Assembly: GCA_963807035.1 (NCBI GenBank)
Contig: CAWEAL010000003.1
Span: forward strand, 238,716 to 302,715
Origin: an uncultured Chloroflexia bacterium
Lineage (GTDB): Bacteria > Chloroflexota > Limnocylindria > Limnocylindrales > CSP1-4
Direction: 5' to 3'
Length of the DNA stretch: 64,000 nt
Positions within the stretch are counted from its first letter, which is position 1. Each line of letters opens with the position of its first letter. Shown here in pieces: positions 9,093 through 17,549 of the stretch. The notes under the pieces are model-generated. The model worked only from the letters and a program-made list of their open reading frames with translations. It had not been told where the DNA came from and did not search any database. The position numbers and the translations under genes are program-made.

Positions 9093-10028
9093 ATGACAAG
9101 TCTGAAGTTCGGCGCGCTGTGCTGGAACCAGTACGGAACCTGGCCCGAGCTGCTCGAGGCCGGCCGGCGGGTGGATCGGCTCGGCTACGACAGCCTGTGG
9201 ACGTGGGACCACCTCTATCCCATCGTCGGCTCGCCCGACGGGCCGATCTTCGAGGGCTGGCTGACGACTGCCGCCTGGGCCGGTGTCACGAGCCGGGTCC
9301 GACTCGGGCTGATGGTCGGGGCGAACACGTTCCGGGAGCCGGCCCTGACGGCCAAGATGGCCACGACCCTCGACCACATCAGCGGCGGCCGGGCGGTCCT
9401 CGGGATCGGCGCGGCCTGGTTCGAGACCGAGCACACGGCGTTCGGGCTGCCCTTCGGCGATGGTGCGCCAGAGCGGTTGCGCTGGCTGGGCGAGGCGCTG
9501 CCGATCATGCGGGGCATGCTCGACGGCACGGCTCCGACGGCGGCCGGTCCGCGCTACGCGGCGAGGGCCGTCCGGAACGAGCCGCCGCCGGTCCAGCGGC
9601 ACCTCCCGATCCTGATCGGTGGTGGAGGCGAGAAGGTGACCCTCAAGCTCGTCGCCCGCTATGCCGATATCCACGACGTGGGCGGCAGCCTCGAGGCGGT
9701 CAAGCGCAAGGACGACATCCTGCGCGAACACTGCGCGGCGATCGGCCGCGATTTCGACTCGATCGAGCGGACGCATGGCCTGGGCGTCGTCGTGATCCGC
9801 GATTCGCGCGACGAGGCGCGCACGGTCGCGTCGTCCCTGTTCGCCCACAACGGCGGCGCCCGCGAATGGCAGAATCAGCCGGTCGGGACGCCCGAGGACG
9901 TGGCCGAGCAGCTCGCCCCGTTCGTCGAGATCGGCCGATCTCACCTGGTTGGTGGCTTTCCGTCGCCCTACGACGAGGAATCGATGACCCGCCTGATCAC
10001 GGACGTCAAGCCGCTTCTCGAGCGATGA
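9093..10028 (+). CDS. LLM-class (luciferase-like) F420-dependent oxidoreductase
   Basis: KFGALCWNQYGTWPELLEAGRRVDRLGYDSLWTWDHL.. and GGRAVLGIGAAWFETEH are typical of the LLM F420 family. Confidence 0.85.
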   Translation: MTSLKFGALCWNQYGTWPELLEAGRRVDRLGYDSLWTWDHLYPIVGSPDGPIFEGWLTTAAWAGVTSRVRLGLMVGANTFREPALTAKMATTLDHISGGRAVLGIGAAWFETEHTAFGLPFGDGAPERLRWLGEALPIMRGMLDGTAPTAAGPRYAARAVRNEPPPVQRHLPILIGGGGEKVTLKLVARYADIHDVGGSLEAVKRKDDILREHCAAIGRDFDSIERTHGLGVVVIRDSRDEARTVASSLFAHNGGAREWQNQPVGTPEDVAEQLAPFVEIGRSHLVGGFPSPYDEESMTRLITDVKPLLER

Positions 10029-10468
10029 CGCAGGATGACCCGGGGATGACCTCGGGCACGCCACCGACCGGGATCGCCGCGGTCGCCCGAGCCGGCGATC
10101 GACTCGACCGGTTCTGGGTCGGCGCAGATCGCGCCCTCATGCATGCGATCTTGAAGGCTGGGACCTGGTCCGAGCCGGAGAACCTCGGCGGGGAGCTCGC
10201 CTCGGGTCCGGCGGTCACCGCGTGGGGCGACGAGCCGATGGAGGTCTTCGCGATCTTCGACGATGGCGAGCTGTGGGATCGTTACTGGGACGGTTCGAGC
10301 TGGCACCCCTGGGAGTCACTCGGGGGTGAGCTCCAGCCCGGTTCGATCCCGGCCGCTGCCGCCGCCGGCCCGGACCGTCTCGACGTGATCGCCGTCGGCC
10401 GCGACGGCCGGACGTGGCATCGCTGGTGGGACGGCAGCCGCTGGGTGCCCTGGCAGACGAGCGGCTAG
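10025..10468 (+). CDS. three-repeat Trp-rich beta-propeller-blade protein (DUF346 / tectonin-like repeats)
   Basis: Three ~45-aa repeats with W..W(S/H)(E/P)(P/W)E(N/S)LGGEL. The ATG overlaps the LLM stop as ATGA. The upstream part of the tracked 497-aa ORF is out of frame. Confidence 0.65.
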   Translation: MTQDDPGMTSGTPPTGIAAVARAGDRLDRFWVGADRALMHAILKAGTWSEPENLGGELASGPAVTAWGDEPMEVFAIFDDGELWDRYWDGSSWHPWESLGGELQPGSIPAAAAAGPDRLDVIAVGRDGRTWHRWWDGSRWVPWQTSG

Positions 10469-10475
10469 GTCATCC

Positions 10476-10838
10476 TCAGCCGGGCTCTTCGTCCTTGCCC
10501 GAATCCTTCGTCCAGCCGATGTGCTTGCGCAGCCAGCCGACCGAGGCGAGATGGTAGGTCGCCTCGTCGAGGTAGGTGGGCAGGCGTTCGATGTCGGTCG
10601 CGCCAAGGTCCGTTTCGACCCGGGCGGCTGTCAGCAGGGTGACGTGCTCGGAGCCGAGCATCACGTCGCGCTGCTCGCCCTTGAGGCCGACCCGGATCCC
10701 GTGGAAGATGTCTTCGCTGTCCGAGCCGAGGACCTCCCGGACCTCGCCGACGACCTGTCCACCGGCGGCCGCGACGGGCGTCCCATAGATGACTGCCCGC
10801 CAGGCGATCGGGGTCGGGTCGGCCACGGCATCGGTCAT
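10476..10838 (-). CDS. hypothetical protein, PRC-barrel/DUF2171-like
   Basis: MTDAVADPT.. start preceded by GAGAGGTGA. Normal-looking composition, unlike the upstream extension of the tracked ORF. Confidence 0.6.
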   Translation of the reverse strand: MTDAVADPTPIAWRAVIYGTPVAAAGGQVVGEVREVLGSDSEDIFHGIRVGLKGEQRDVMLGSEHVTLLTAARVETDLGATDIERLPTYLDEATYHLASVGWLRKHIGWTKDSGKDEEPG

Positions 10839-10887
10839 CGCGTTCACCTCTCTCAGTTGCGCCGCGGTCCCGCGCCGCTCACCTAGC

Positions 10888-11142
10888 CTAGCCCTCCATG
10901 GCGGAAGGCGCCCCGCCGGCATCGGCGACGCACCCGTCCAGGGCGCGAGCGAGCCGGAGCGACTGCCGACCGACGGCCACGGCGACCCTCGCGGCGGACC
11001 GCCGAAGCCGGCCGGACGAGGCCGCCGGCTCGTGGCTGCTCCGGTAGAGCGTCGCTGCCCGAGCCAAAGCGGCCGCTTCGGCCTCACGACTGCGTTCGGC
11101 GGCCAGGCGTCGGGCTTCGAGGTAGTAGTAGTTCGGCCACAT
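10888..11142 (-). CDS. hypothetical 84-aa protein (YYYLEARRLAAERSREAEAAAL helical N-terminus)
   Basis: The ATG shares one nt with the stop of the upstream micro-ORF (TGATG). Confidence 0.45.
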   Translation of the reverse strand: MWPNYYYLEARRLAAERSREAEAAALARAATLYRSSHEPAASSGRLRRSAARVAVAVGRQSLRLARALDGCVADAGGAPSAMEG

Positions 11143-11303
11143 CAGAGGCTGCCTCCAACGCTGTTGTGGTGATTCGGGAAGCGGCTTTCGTCCTCACCGA
11201 AACCCGGACGGCTGTCGGCGCCTGCCGTGGCGGCACCCCAGCCGAGCAGCAGGAGCACGACGACGATCGCGCCGAGCGTCGCCAGATCAGAGAACACGGC
11301 CAT
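11142..11303 (-). CDS. 53-aa single-pass membrane peptide (not in the supplied ORF track)
   Basis: Hand translation: MAVFSDLATLGAIVVVLLLLGWGAATAGADSRPGFGEDESRFPNHHNSVGGSL. AAGGAG lies 8 nt upstream of the ATG. The stop is coupled to the next ORF. Confidence 0.5.
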   Translation of the reverse strand: MAVFSDLATLGAIVVVLLLLGWGAATAGADSRPGFGEDESRFPNHHNSVGGSL

Positions 11304-11317
11304 CGAAGCTGCTCCTT

Positions 11318-11398
11318 GCTAACCAATATCCGTTGCTTAAGTGGTTACCGGAAGACTAGCCTCTTGCGCGTAACCTGTCAAGGCATGTAGAGTGGTTA
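11318..11398. promoter_or_regulatory. divergent intergenic region with two TAACC(A)-N16/17-TGGTTA dyads and a TTGCGC-N18-TAGAGT promoter-like element
   Basis: GCTAACCA 11318-11325 pairs with TGGTTACC 11342-11349. TAACC 11371-11375 pairs with TGGTTA 11393-11398. TAGAGT 11388-11393 lies 9 nt before ATG 11403. This is the most AT-rich stretch in this part of the window. Confidence 0.4.
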
Positions 11399-11402
11399 TC
11401 CG

Positions 11403-12041
11403 ATGATCGAACCTCCGACAATTCCCCGGGTCGACCTCGAGACGACGGTCGACTTCATCAACACCTCGGGCCTGTCCCGTGGGCGCCAGTTCGACGACTT
11501 TGGTACAACCCGCGAGGCGATCGACTGGTTGCACCAGCGGACCCGCCTCGAGCCGGCCAGTGTGCCGGACTCGCCGGCGGCGCTGGCTCGGATCGATCGG
11601 GCTCGCGCAGCGTTCCGCGAACTGTGGGATGCGACCGTGGAGCGGCGCGCGGCGGATGCCGCCGCGATCCGGGAGGTCAACCGGATCCTGCGCCATCGCT
11701 CGGTCCTCGAGCTCCAGGCCGGTGCCGGTGCGCCGAACCCGGCGGGCCTGCGGCTGGCGAGCCGATTCACCGGTGACGAGGTCGACTGTGCGCTGGCCGA
11801 GCTGGCCGAGCCGCTCGTCCGGGCGATCGGTGGCGGGGACGCCCAGCGTGCCCGGATCTGTGCCAACGACGAGTGTCGCTGGGTCTTCTTCGACAAATCG
11901 CGAACGCACCGGCGGCGCTGGTGCGAGATGTCGAGCTGCGGCAACCGGGCCAAGGCGGCTCGGCATCGGGCACGCCTCCGGGCGGTCGATCAGGCGGCCG
12001 GGTCTGCCGCCGTGGCGAAGGGCACGCTCCCGAGGGCCTGA
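11403..12041 (+). CDS. CGNR zinc-finger (ABATE-domain) putative regulator
   Basis: C-terminal CANDECRWVFFDKSRTHRRRWCEMSSCGNRAK is the CGNR zinc-finger signature. Confidence 0.85.
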   Translation: MIEPPTIPRVDLETTVDFINTSGLSRGRQFDDFGTTREAIDWLHQRTRLEPASVPDSPAALARIDRARAAFRELWDATVERRAADAAAIREVNRILRHRSVLELQAGAGAPNPAGLRLASRFTGDEVDCALAELAEPLVRAIGGGDAQRARICANDECRWVFFDKSRTHRRRWCEMSSCGNRAKAARHRARLRAVDQAAGSAAVAKGTLPRA

Positions 12042-12056
12042 CCCGTCAGGCGCGCC

Positions 12057-14597
12057 TCAGGCCCCGCGCACGACGATGTTGACCAGCCGCCCGCCGGCAT
12101 GGATCACCCGGTCCGGGGCTCGGCCGGCGAGGATCTCGCGGATCCGATCGCGGGCGAGGACCAGTCGCTCGAGCTCGGCCAGGTCAATCTTGGCCGGAAC
12201 CGTGACCCGATCGCGGACCTTGCCGTTCACCTGGATCGGGACCTCGCGTGTCTCGGTCGCGACCGCCACTGGGTCGACGGCCGGCCACGCCTCGGCATGG
12301 ATCGACGATTCGGCCGCGCCGGCCAGGGCGCGCCGTCGGTTCCACAGCTCGTCGGCGATGTGGGGCGCGGCCGGTGCAAGCATCAGCAGGAGCAGCCCGA
12401 CCGCCTCGTGCCAGGCCGGACCACCGGCGATCTCCGTGCCCCGGTAGCGGAAGAGGGCGTTGGCGAGCTCCATCAGGTGGGCGACCATGGTGTTGAACCG
12501 GAAGCCCTGGTACTCCTCGGTGACGGCTCGCAGGGTCCGGTGGGCAGCCATCCGAAGCGAGCGTTCGGCGGCCGCCCGGTCCTCCCCGGCCGGCAGCTTG
12601 CCGGCGTCCGGGTCGCCGCCCTCGAGCCCGGTCGGGTCGACAGCGAGGGTCCACACCCGGTTCAGGAAGCGGTGGACGCCGCCGATCCCGGTCGGGCTCC
12701 ACGGGCCACCCTGGTCCCACGGCCCCATGAACATCAGGAACAGGCGGACCGTGTCGGCGCCGTAACGCCGGACGAGCTCGTCCGGGTCCTGGACGTTGCC
12801 CCGTGACTTGCTCATCCGCTCGCCGTCGGCGCCCAGGATCTGGCCCTGGTTGAACAGCCGACGGAACGGCTCGTCCTGCTCGACCAGGCCGATGTCGCGC
12901 ATCATCTTGGTGATCTCGCGCGCATAGAGCAGATGCATGACCGCGTGCTCGGCCCCGCCGGTGTACTGGTCGACGGGCGTCCAGCGGGCGACCATCGCCG
13001 GGTCGAACGGGCCGTCCTCCTTGTGGGGCGACAGGTAGCGGAACCAGTACCACGACGAGTCCATGAACGTATCCATCGTGTCCGTTTCGCGCTGGGCGGG
13101 ACCGTCGCAGCTTGGGCAGCTGACGTTCAGGAACGCCGGGTCACGGGTCAGCGGGTTGACGCCGCTGCCGGCGTAGTCGACGGTCTCGGGCAGCAGGACC
13201 GGGAGTTCGGCTTCGGGCACGGGCACGGACCCGCATTGCGCGCAATGGATCACGGGGATCGGCGTGCCCCAGAAGCGCTGGCGGCTGAACCCCCAGTCAC
13301 GGAGGCGGTAGGTGACGGTCGGCTGGCCCTCGCCACGCTCCTCGAGCCAGTCGACGATCTCGCGGAATGCCTCGGCAGCCGGCCGGCCGCTGAACTGGCC
13401 GGAGTTGACGAGGACCTCGCTGTCCGAGTGTTCGACGAACGCGTTCGTCAGGGCGGCATCCGGATCGGCGTCGGAGGGGATCACGACCTTGACGATCGGC
13501 AGCCCGAACCGGGTGGCGAAATCGAAGTCGCGCTGGTCATGGGCGGGGACGGCCATGATCGCCCCGGTCCCGTACGAGCCCAGGACGTAGTCGGCCACGA
13601 AGATCGGGATCCGCGCCTGGTTCACGGGGTTGATCGCGTCCGCACCCAGGGCAACGCCGGTCTTAGCACGATCCGCCGACAACCGGTCGATCTCCGTCCG
13701 GGCCGCGGCCTGGGCCAGGTAGGCGTCGACCTCGGCCTTGCGCTCCGGTGCCGTCAGGGCGGCGACGAGCGGATGCTCCGGGGCAAGGACCATGAACGTC
13801 GCCCCGAACAGGGTGTCCGGCCGGGTCGTGAAGACACGCAGCGGCTCGCCGCCGGCATGATGCGCCGCCGGGGCCGTCGTGAAGGTCACCTCCGCGCCCT
13901 CGGAACGGCCGATCCAGTTCGTCTGCATGATCCGGATCGGATCCGGCCAGCCGAGGCCTTCGAAGTTGAGCAGCTCGTCCGCGTACTTCGTGACCCGCAA
14001 GTACCACTGGTCGAGCTCCCGCTTCTCCACCCGGGCGCCGCAGCGCCAGCAATGGCGGTCCGTCCCTTCGACCTGCTCGCGGGCGAGGGTCCCGTCATTG
14101 GGACACCAGTCGACCGGCGACTTCTGGCGATAGGCGAGGCCCGCCTTCAGGAACTGCAGGAAGAGCCACTGGTTCCAGCGGTAGTAGTCCGGTTCGCAGG
14201 TGACGACCTCGGCGCTCCAGTCGAACGAGGCACCCATGCTCCGCAGCTGCTTGCGCATCTTCTCGATGTTCTGCATCGTCCATGCCCGCGGGTTGACCCG
14301 GTTCTTGATCGCGGCGTTCTCGGCCGGGAGGCCGAAGGCATCGAAACCGATCGGCATGAAGACGTTCTCGCCATGCATCCGGTGGAAGCGGGCGATCGCA
14401 TCGGTCGGCGTCTTGATGTACCAGTGGCCGATGTGCAGATCGCCCGACGGGTAGTCGTACATCGTCAGCAGGTAGAACTTCGGGCGGGTCGTGTCGGCCA
14501 GGTCGGACCGGTGCAGGCCGAGCTCGTCCCAGCGGGCCTGCCAGCGGGGCTCGATCTCGGTGGGCTGGTAGCGGTCGATCCTGGCGCGCTCGTTCAC
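12057..14597 (-). CDS. leuS: leucine--tRNA ligase
   Basis: HIGH-type motif YPSGDLHIGH, KMSKS, and class I editing-domain length (846 aa from GTG 14597). The tracked ORF start at 14723 runs into the tRNA gene. Confidence 0.95.
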   Translation of the reverse strand: MNERARIDRYQPTEIEPRWQARWDELGLHRSDLADTTRPKFYLLTMYDYPSGDLHIGHWYIKTPTDAIARFHRMHGENVFMPIGFDAFGLPAENAAIKNRVNPRAWTMQNIEKMRKQLRSMGASFDWSAEVVTCEPDYYRWNQWLFLQFLKAGLAYRQKSPVDWCPNDGTLAREQVEGTDRHCWRCGARVEKRELDQWYLRVTKYADELLNFEGLGWPDPIRIMQTNWIGRSEGAEVTFTTAPAAHHAGGEPLRVFTTRPDTLFGATFMVLAPEHPLVAALTAPERKAEVDAYLAQAAARTEIDRLSADRAKTGVALGADAINPVNQARIPIFVADYVLGSYGTGAIMAVPAHDQRDFDFATRFGLPIVKVVIPSDADPDAALTNAFVEHSDSEVLVNSGQFSGRPAAEAFREIVDWLEERGEGQPTVTYRLRDWGFSRQRFWGTPIPVIHCAQCGSVPVPEAELPVLLPETVDYAGSGVNPLTRDPAFLNVSCPSCDGPAQRETDTMDTFMDSSWYWFRYLSPHKEDGPFDPAMVARWTPVDQYTGGAEHAVMHLLYAREITKMMRDIGLVEQDEPFRRLFNQGQILGADGERMSKSRGNVQDPDELVRRYGADTVRLFLMFMGPWDQGGPWSPTGIGGVHRFLNRVWTLAVDPTGLEGGDPDAGKLPAGEDRAAAERSLRMAAHRTLRAVTEEYQGFRFNTMVAHLMELANALFRYRGTEIAGGPAWHEAVGLLLLMLAPAAPHIADELWNRRRALAGAAESSIHAEAWPAVDPVAVATETREVPIQVNGKVRDRVTVPAKIDLAELERLVLARDRIREILAGRAPDRVIHAGGRLVNIVVRGA

Positions 14598-14674
14598 GTC
14601 GGGCCTCGAAATGCCACACCCCCCGGTGGGCCGCCGCCCGCGTCGAGGGGTGAGCTGATAACGGCGGAGATCGT

Positions 14675-14750
14675 TGGTGGAGCTACGGGGGTTCGAACCC
14701 CGGACCTCTTGCATGCCATGCAAGCGCTCTGCCAGCTGAGCTATAGCCCC
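14675..14750 (-). tRNA. tRNA-Ala (anticodon GGC), CCA encoded
   Basis: Reverse complement GGGGCTATAGCTCAGCTGGCAGAGCGCTTGCATGGCATGCAAGAGGTCCGGGGTTCGAACCCCCGTAGCTCCACCA. Cloverleaf parses cleanly with the G3:U70 Ala identity pair. Confidence 0.95.
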
Positions 14751-14858
14751 GCCGTGGAGCGGCAGTATAGCAGCGGCCCCGGCCCGGACTGGCCGTGCCT
14801 GCCTGTCAGGATCGCTTCAGGGCAAATCGGTAAACTGCCGGGCCATGAGCGCTCTGTC

Positions 14859-16421
14859 TTGACCGGGCCTGGCTGGTCCCGCCGCCGCTTCCTGAAGGCC
14901 GGCGGTGTTGTCGCCGTCGGCGCCGTCGCCCTTGGAGCGATAGCGATCGGGATCGAATCCGAGGGACCGGCGGCCGCCGCATCACCAGCAGCGTCCGGCT
15001 CTCCGGCCCCGGTTGCCCGCCGTCGCTACCGCTCACGCCCGGATCTCACCTCGGCGCCGGTCGTCGTCGCGAGCCCGCTCGGCGCCGTGGCACCCGGCCT
15101 CGTCTTCCTGACCCCGAACAACGGGTTGGCCCCGGACGGCCTGCTCATCACCGACAACGCCGGCAAGCCGATCTGGATCCGGCCCGACACGGGGTCCCAC
15201 GCCGTCGACCTGCGGATCGTCCAGTACGGCGGCAAGCCTGCCCTGGCCTGGTGGGAGGGCAGCGTCAACGGGGGCTACGGCTCGGGCCAGGTCGTGATCG
15301 CCGACGAGACCTACAACGAGCTCGTGCAATTCGGCGCCGGCGCAGGCCGCAAGGCCGACATTCATGAGTTCCAGATCACGCCAAACGGGACGGCGCTGCT
15401 CCTGACTGACCGCGCCGTGCCGGTCCCCGCCGGATCGACGCCGCCGCCCTGGCAGAACTGGGACTGCATCGTCGTGGAGCTCGACATCACGACCGGAGCG
15501 GTCCTGTTCGAGTGGCACAGCGCGGACCACATCGACCCGAGCGAATCGGTCCTGGCGGCCCCGTCGGCCGCAGCCAGCCCGACACCCGCGGGGAGCCCGT
15601 CCACGCATGCGACGACGGCCCCCAAGCCAACCGCCGAGTCCGGCCCCCCGGTCTACGACTCGGCCCACGTCAACTCGATCGAGCTCGACAAGGACGGCAA
15701 CCTGCTCGTGTCCGCCCGCAATACCTCGACGGTCTACAAGGTCGACAGGTCGACCGGCGCGATCCTCTGGCGTCTCGGCGGCAAGCGGACCGACTTCAAG
15801 ATGGGTCCGGGCGCGACCTTTGCCCTCCAGCACGATGCCCGGCGCCTGGCGGATGGCACGATCTCGATCTTCGACGACGAGGCCGCTCCGACTACGTCCC
15901 GGGCGATCGTCCTCGATGTCGACGAGACGGCGATGACGGCCAACCTCGTCCGGGCCTACCCGCATCCCCACGGCAAGCAGGCGACGAGCCAGGGCAACGT
16001 CCAGGTCCTGCCCAATGGCAACGTCTTCGTCGGCTGGGGCAGCACGGGCTACGCCTCGGAGTTCACGAGCGATGGGGCGCTCCTCCTCGACGCGGACTTC
16101 AGCGGCTCGGTCCAGTCGTACCGCTGTTTCCGCTTCCCGTGGGTGGGCAAGCCAGCCGGCCAGCCCGCGCTCGCGGTCGACCCGTCGTCCGGCGGCCTGG
16201 TCAGTGCCCACGCCAGTTGGAACGGTGCCACTGAGGTAACTGCCTGGGAGGTGATGGGCGGGGCCGATCCCGGCTCTCTCACCTCCCTCGGGACGTTTCC
16301 CCGAACGGACTTCGAGACGACCCTGTCGGTCAAGCCCAAGGGCTCGCTGCTTGCCGTCCAGGCGCTCGACGCGAGGCAGGCCGTCCTGGGCATCTCGCCG
16401 ACGGTGAAGATCCCGGAGTAG
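14859..16421 (+). CDS. arylsulfotransferase (ASST) family protein with Tat-type signal
   Basis: SRRRFLKAGG twin-arginine signal. ASST-like blades (HEFQITPNGTALL, DSAHVNSIELDKDGNLLVSARN, ILWRLGGK). The TTG 14859 start is tentative. The first ~640 codons of the tracked ORF are antisense to leuS. Confidence 0.75.
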   Translation: MTGPGWSRRRFLKAGGVVAVGAVALGAIAIGIESEGPAAAASPAASGSPAPVARRRYRSRPDLTSAPVVVASPLGAVAPGLVFLTPNNGLAPDGLLITDNAGKPIWIRPDTGSHAVDLRIVQYGGKPALAWWEGSVNGGYGSGQVVIADETYNELVQFGAGAGRKADIHEFQITPNGTALLLTDRAVPVPAGSTPPPWQNWDCIVVELDITTGAVLFEWHSADHIDPSESVLAAPSAAASPTPAGSPSTHATTAPKPTAESGPPVYDSAHVNSIELDKDGNLLVSARNTSTVYKVDRSTGAILWRLGGKRTDFKMGPGATFALQHDARRLADGTISIFDDEAAPTTSRAIVLDVDETAMTANLVRAYPHPHGKQATSQGNVQVLPNGNVFVGWGSTGYASEFTSDGALLLDADFSGSVQSYRCFRFPWVGKPAGQPALAVDPSSGGLVSAHASWNGATEVTAWEVMGGADPGSLTSLGTFPRTDFETTLSVKPKGSLLAVQALDARQAVLGISPTVKIPE

Positions 16422-16528
16422 GCTCGGAAGGCCTCCATCTCGCCTGCCGGCGACGCCGTGTTCCGGGCGGGGCGCTTCCTCCGCAGGATCGATGTGAGAG
16501 GACCCCTTCCGGAGGAGTCGTTCGCCCG

Positions 16529-17398
16529 GTGCGCCATGTGGCACCATCCGCGGGTGATCGCGCCGATGGACGCCCCGTGAGCAGCCGGACCGAGGAAGCC
16601 GCCCAGCTGGCCCTGCCCGGCGGCGCGCTCGACTACATCCTCCGACGCTCGACCCGGGCGCGTCGAGTACGGGTGACCGTCGACCCGCTGCGCGGGGTGA
16701 TCGTGACCGTGCCCGCCCGGCGGCCGGGTGCCCGCGACGCCCTCGCCTCGGTCGAGCCCTTCCTGCGCCAGCGAGAGGCGTGGATCCGGACCCACCTCGG
16801 TCACCATGCCCGGCAGCGCGCACGGGTGGCGGACCTGACCGCCGGCCTCGACTCGGGCCAGCTCCGCGATGGCGCGCTGCTGCCGTATCGAGGCCGAGCC
16901 CACCGGATCCGGATCGTGGGCCCGAACAAGGCGCTCGTCCGGTCGGTGGTCAGGGTCGAGGACGCCGATGTGCTCGGCACGAGCCGGACGATCATCCTCG
17001 AGCTGGCCAGCCGCGATCGGCGCCGCCCGGCCCGGATCCTCGAGGCCTGGCTGCGCGGCCGGGCCGCGATCCAGATCGACGCGGCGATCGCCCGCCACGC
17101 GCCTGGCCTCGGCGTGCATCCCACGTTGGTGGTCGTCCGCGACCCTCGCAGCCGCTGGGGAAGTGCCTCGCGGACGGGCCGGGTGGCCCTCAGCTGGCGG
17201 CTCATCCTCGCTCCGCCAGAGGCCCTCGAGACGACCGTGGTGCACGAGCTCTGCCACCTGCGGGTCTTCGGTCACGGGCCGTCCTTCTGGGTCCTCGTCG
17301 AGTCGCGCCAGCCGGATCACCTGCGCTGGCGCCGCTGGCTGCGGGACCACGCGGTCGAGCTCCACGCGGTCCTGGCCGAGTCTCCCGAGCTCGGTTGA
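16529..17398 (+). CDS. M48-family / YgjP-like (DUF45) metallopeptidase
   Basis: HELCHL...GH zinc motif near the C-terminus and YgjP-like architecture. Exact start uncertain. Confidence 0.7.
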   Translation: MRHVAPSAGDRADGRPVSSRTEEAAQLALPGGALDYILRRSTRARRVRVTVDPLRGVIVTVPARRPGARDALASVEPFLRQREAWIRTHLGHHARQRARVADLTAGLDSGQLRDGALLPYRGRAHRIRIVGPNKALVRSVVRVEDADVLGTSRTIILELASRDRRRPARILEAWLRGRAAIQIDAAIARHAPGLGVHPTLVVVRDPRSRWGSASRTGRVALSWRLILAPPEALETTVVHELCHLRVFGHGPSFWVLVESRQPDHLRWRRWLRDHAVELHAVLAESPELG

Positions 17399-17407
17399 CG
17401 GGCTCCG

Positions 17408-17549
17408 CGCCGTCCGCGCCGTCCGCACCGTCCGTGCCCCAACGGGCCGCCGCACTCGACCTCCTCGGCACCGCTGCCGGTTCGGGTCCTGCTTCGGTCC
17501 TGCTTCGGCCCAGCTTCGTTGGGCTGTCGCCGGTTGCGGCCCGGCTTCG
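17408..17549. repeat. short GC-rich tandem repeats (9-nt CGCCGTCCG x3; 11-nt GGTCCTGCTTC-like x3-4)
   Basis: Read directly between the M48 stop and the left end of the IS. Confidence 0.5.

Noticed and set aside
8975-10024. The first ~350 codons of the 497-aa ORF 8975-10468.
   Set aside because: This part is out of frame over the LLM oxidoreductase gene and Arg-rich. Only the last 148 codons (from ATG 10025) form a repeat protein.
12933-14858. N-terminal ~640 codons of the 1162-aa plus-strand ORF 12933-16421.
   Set aside because: This part is antisense to leuS and reads straight through the tRNA-Ala gene. Only the part from the Tat signal (about 14859) onward looks like a real protein (ASST family).
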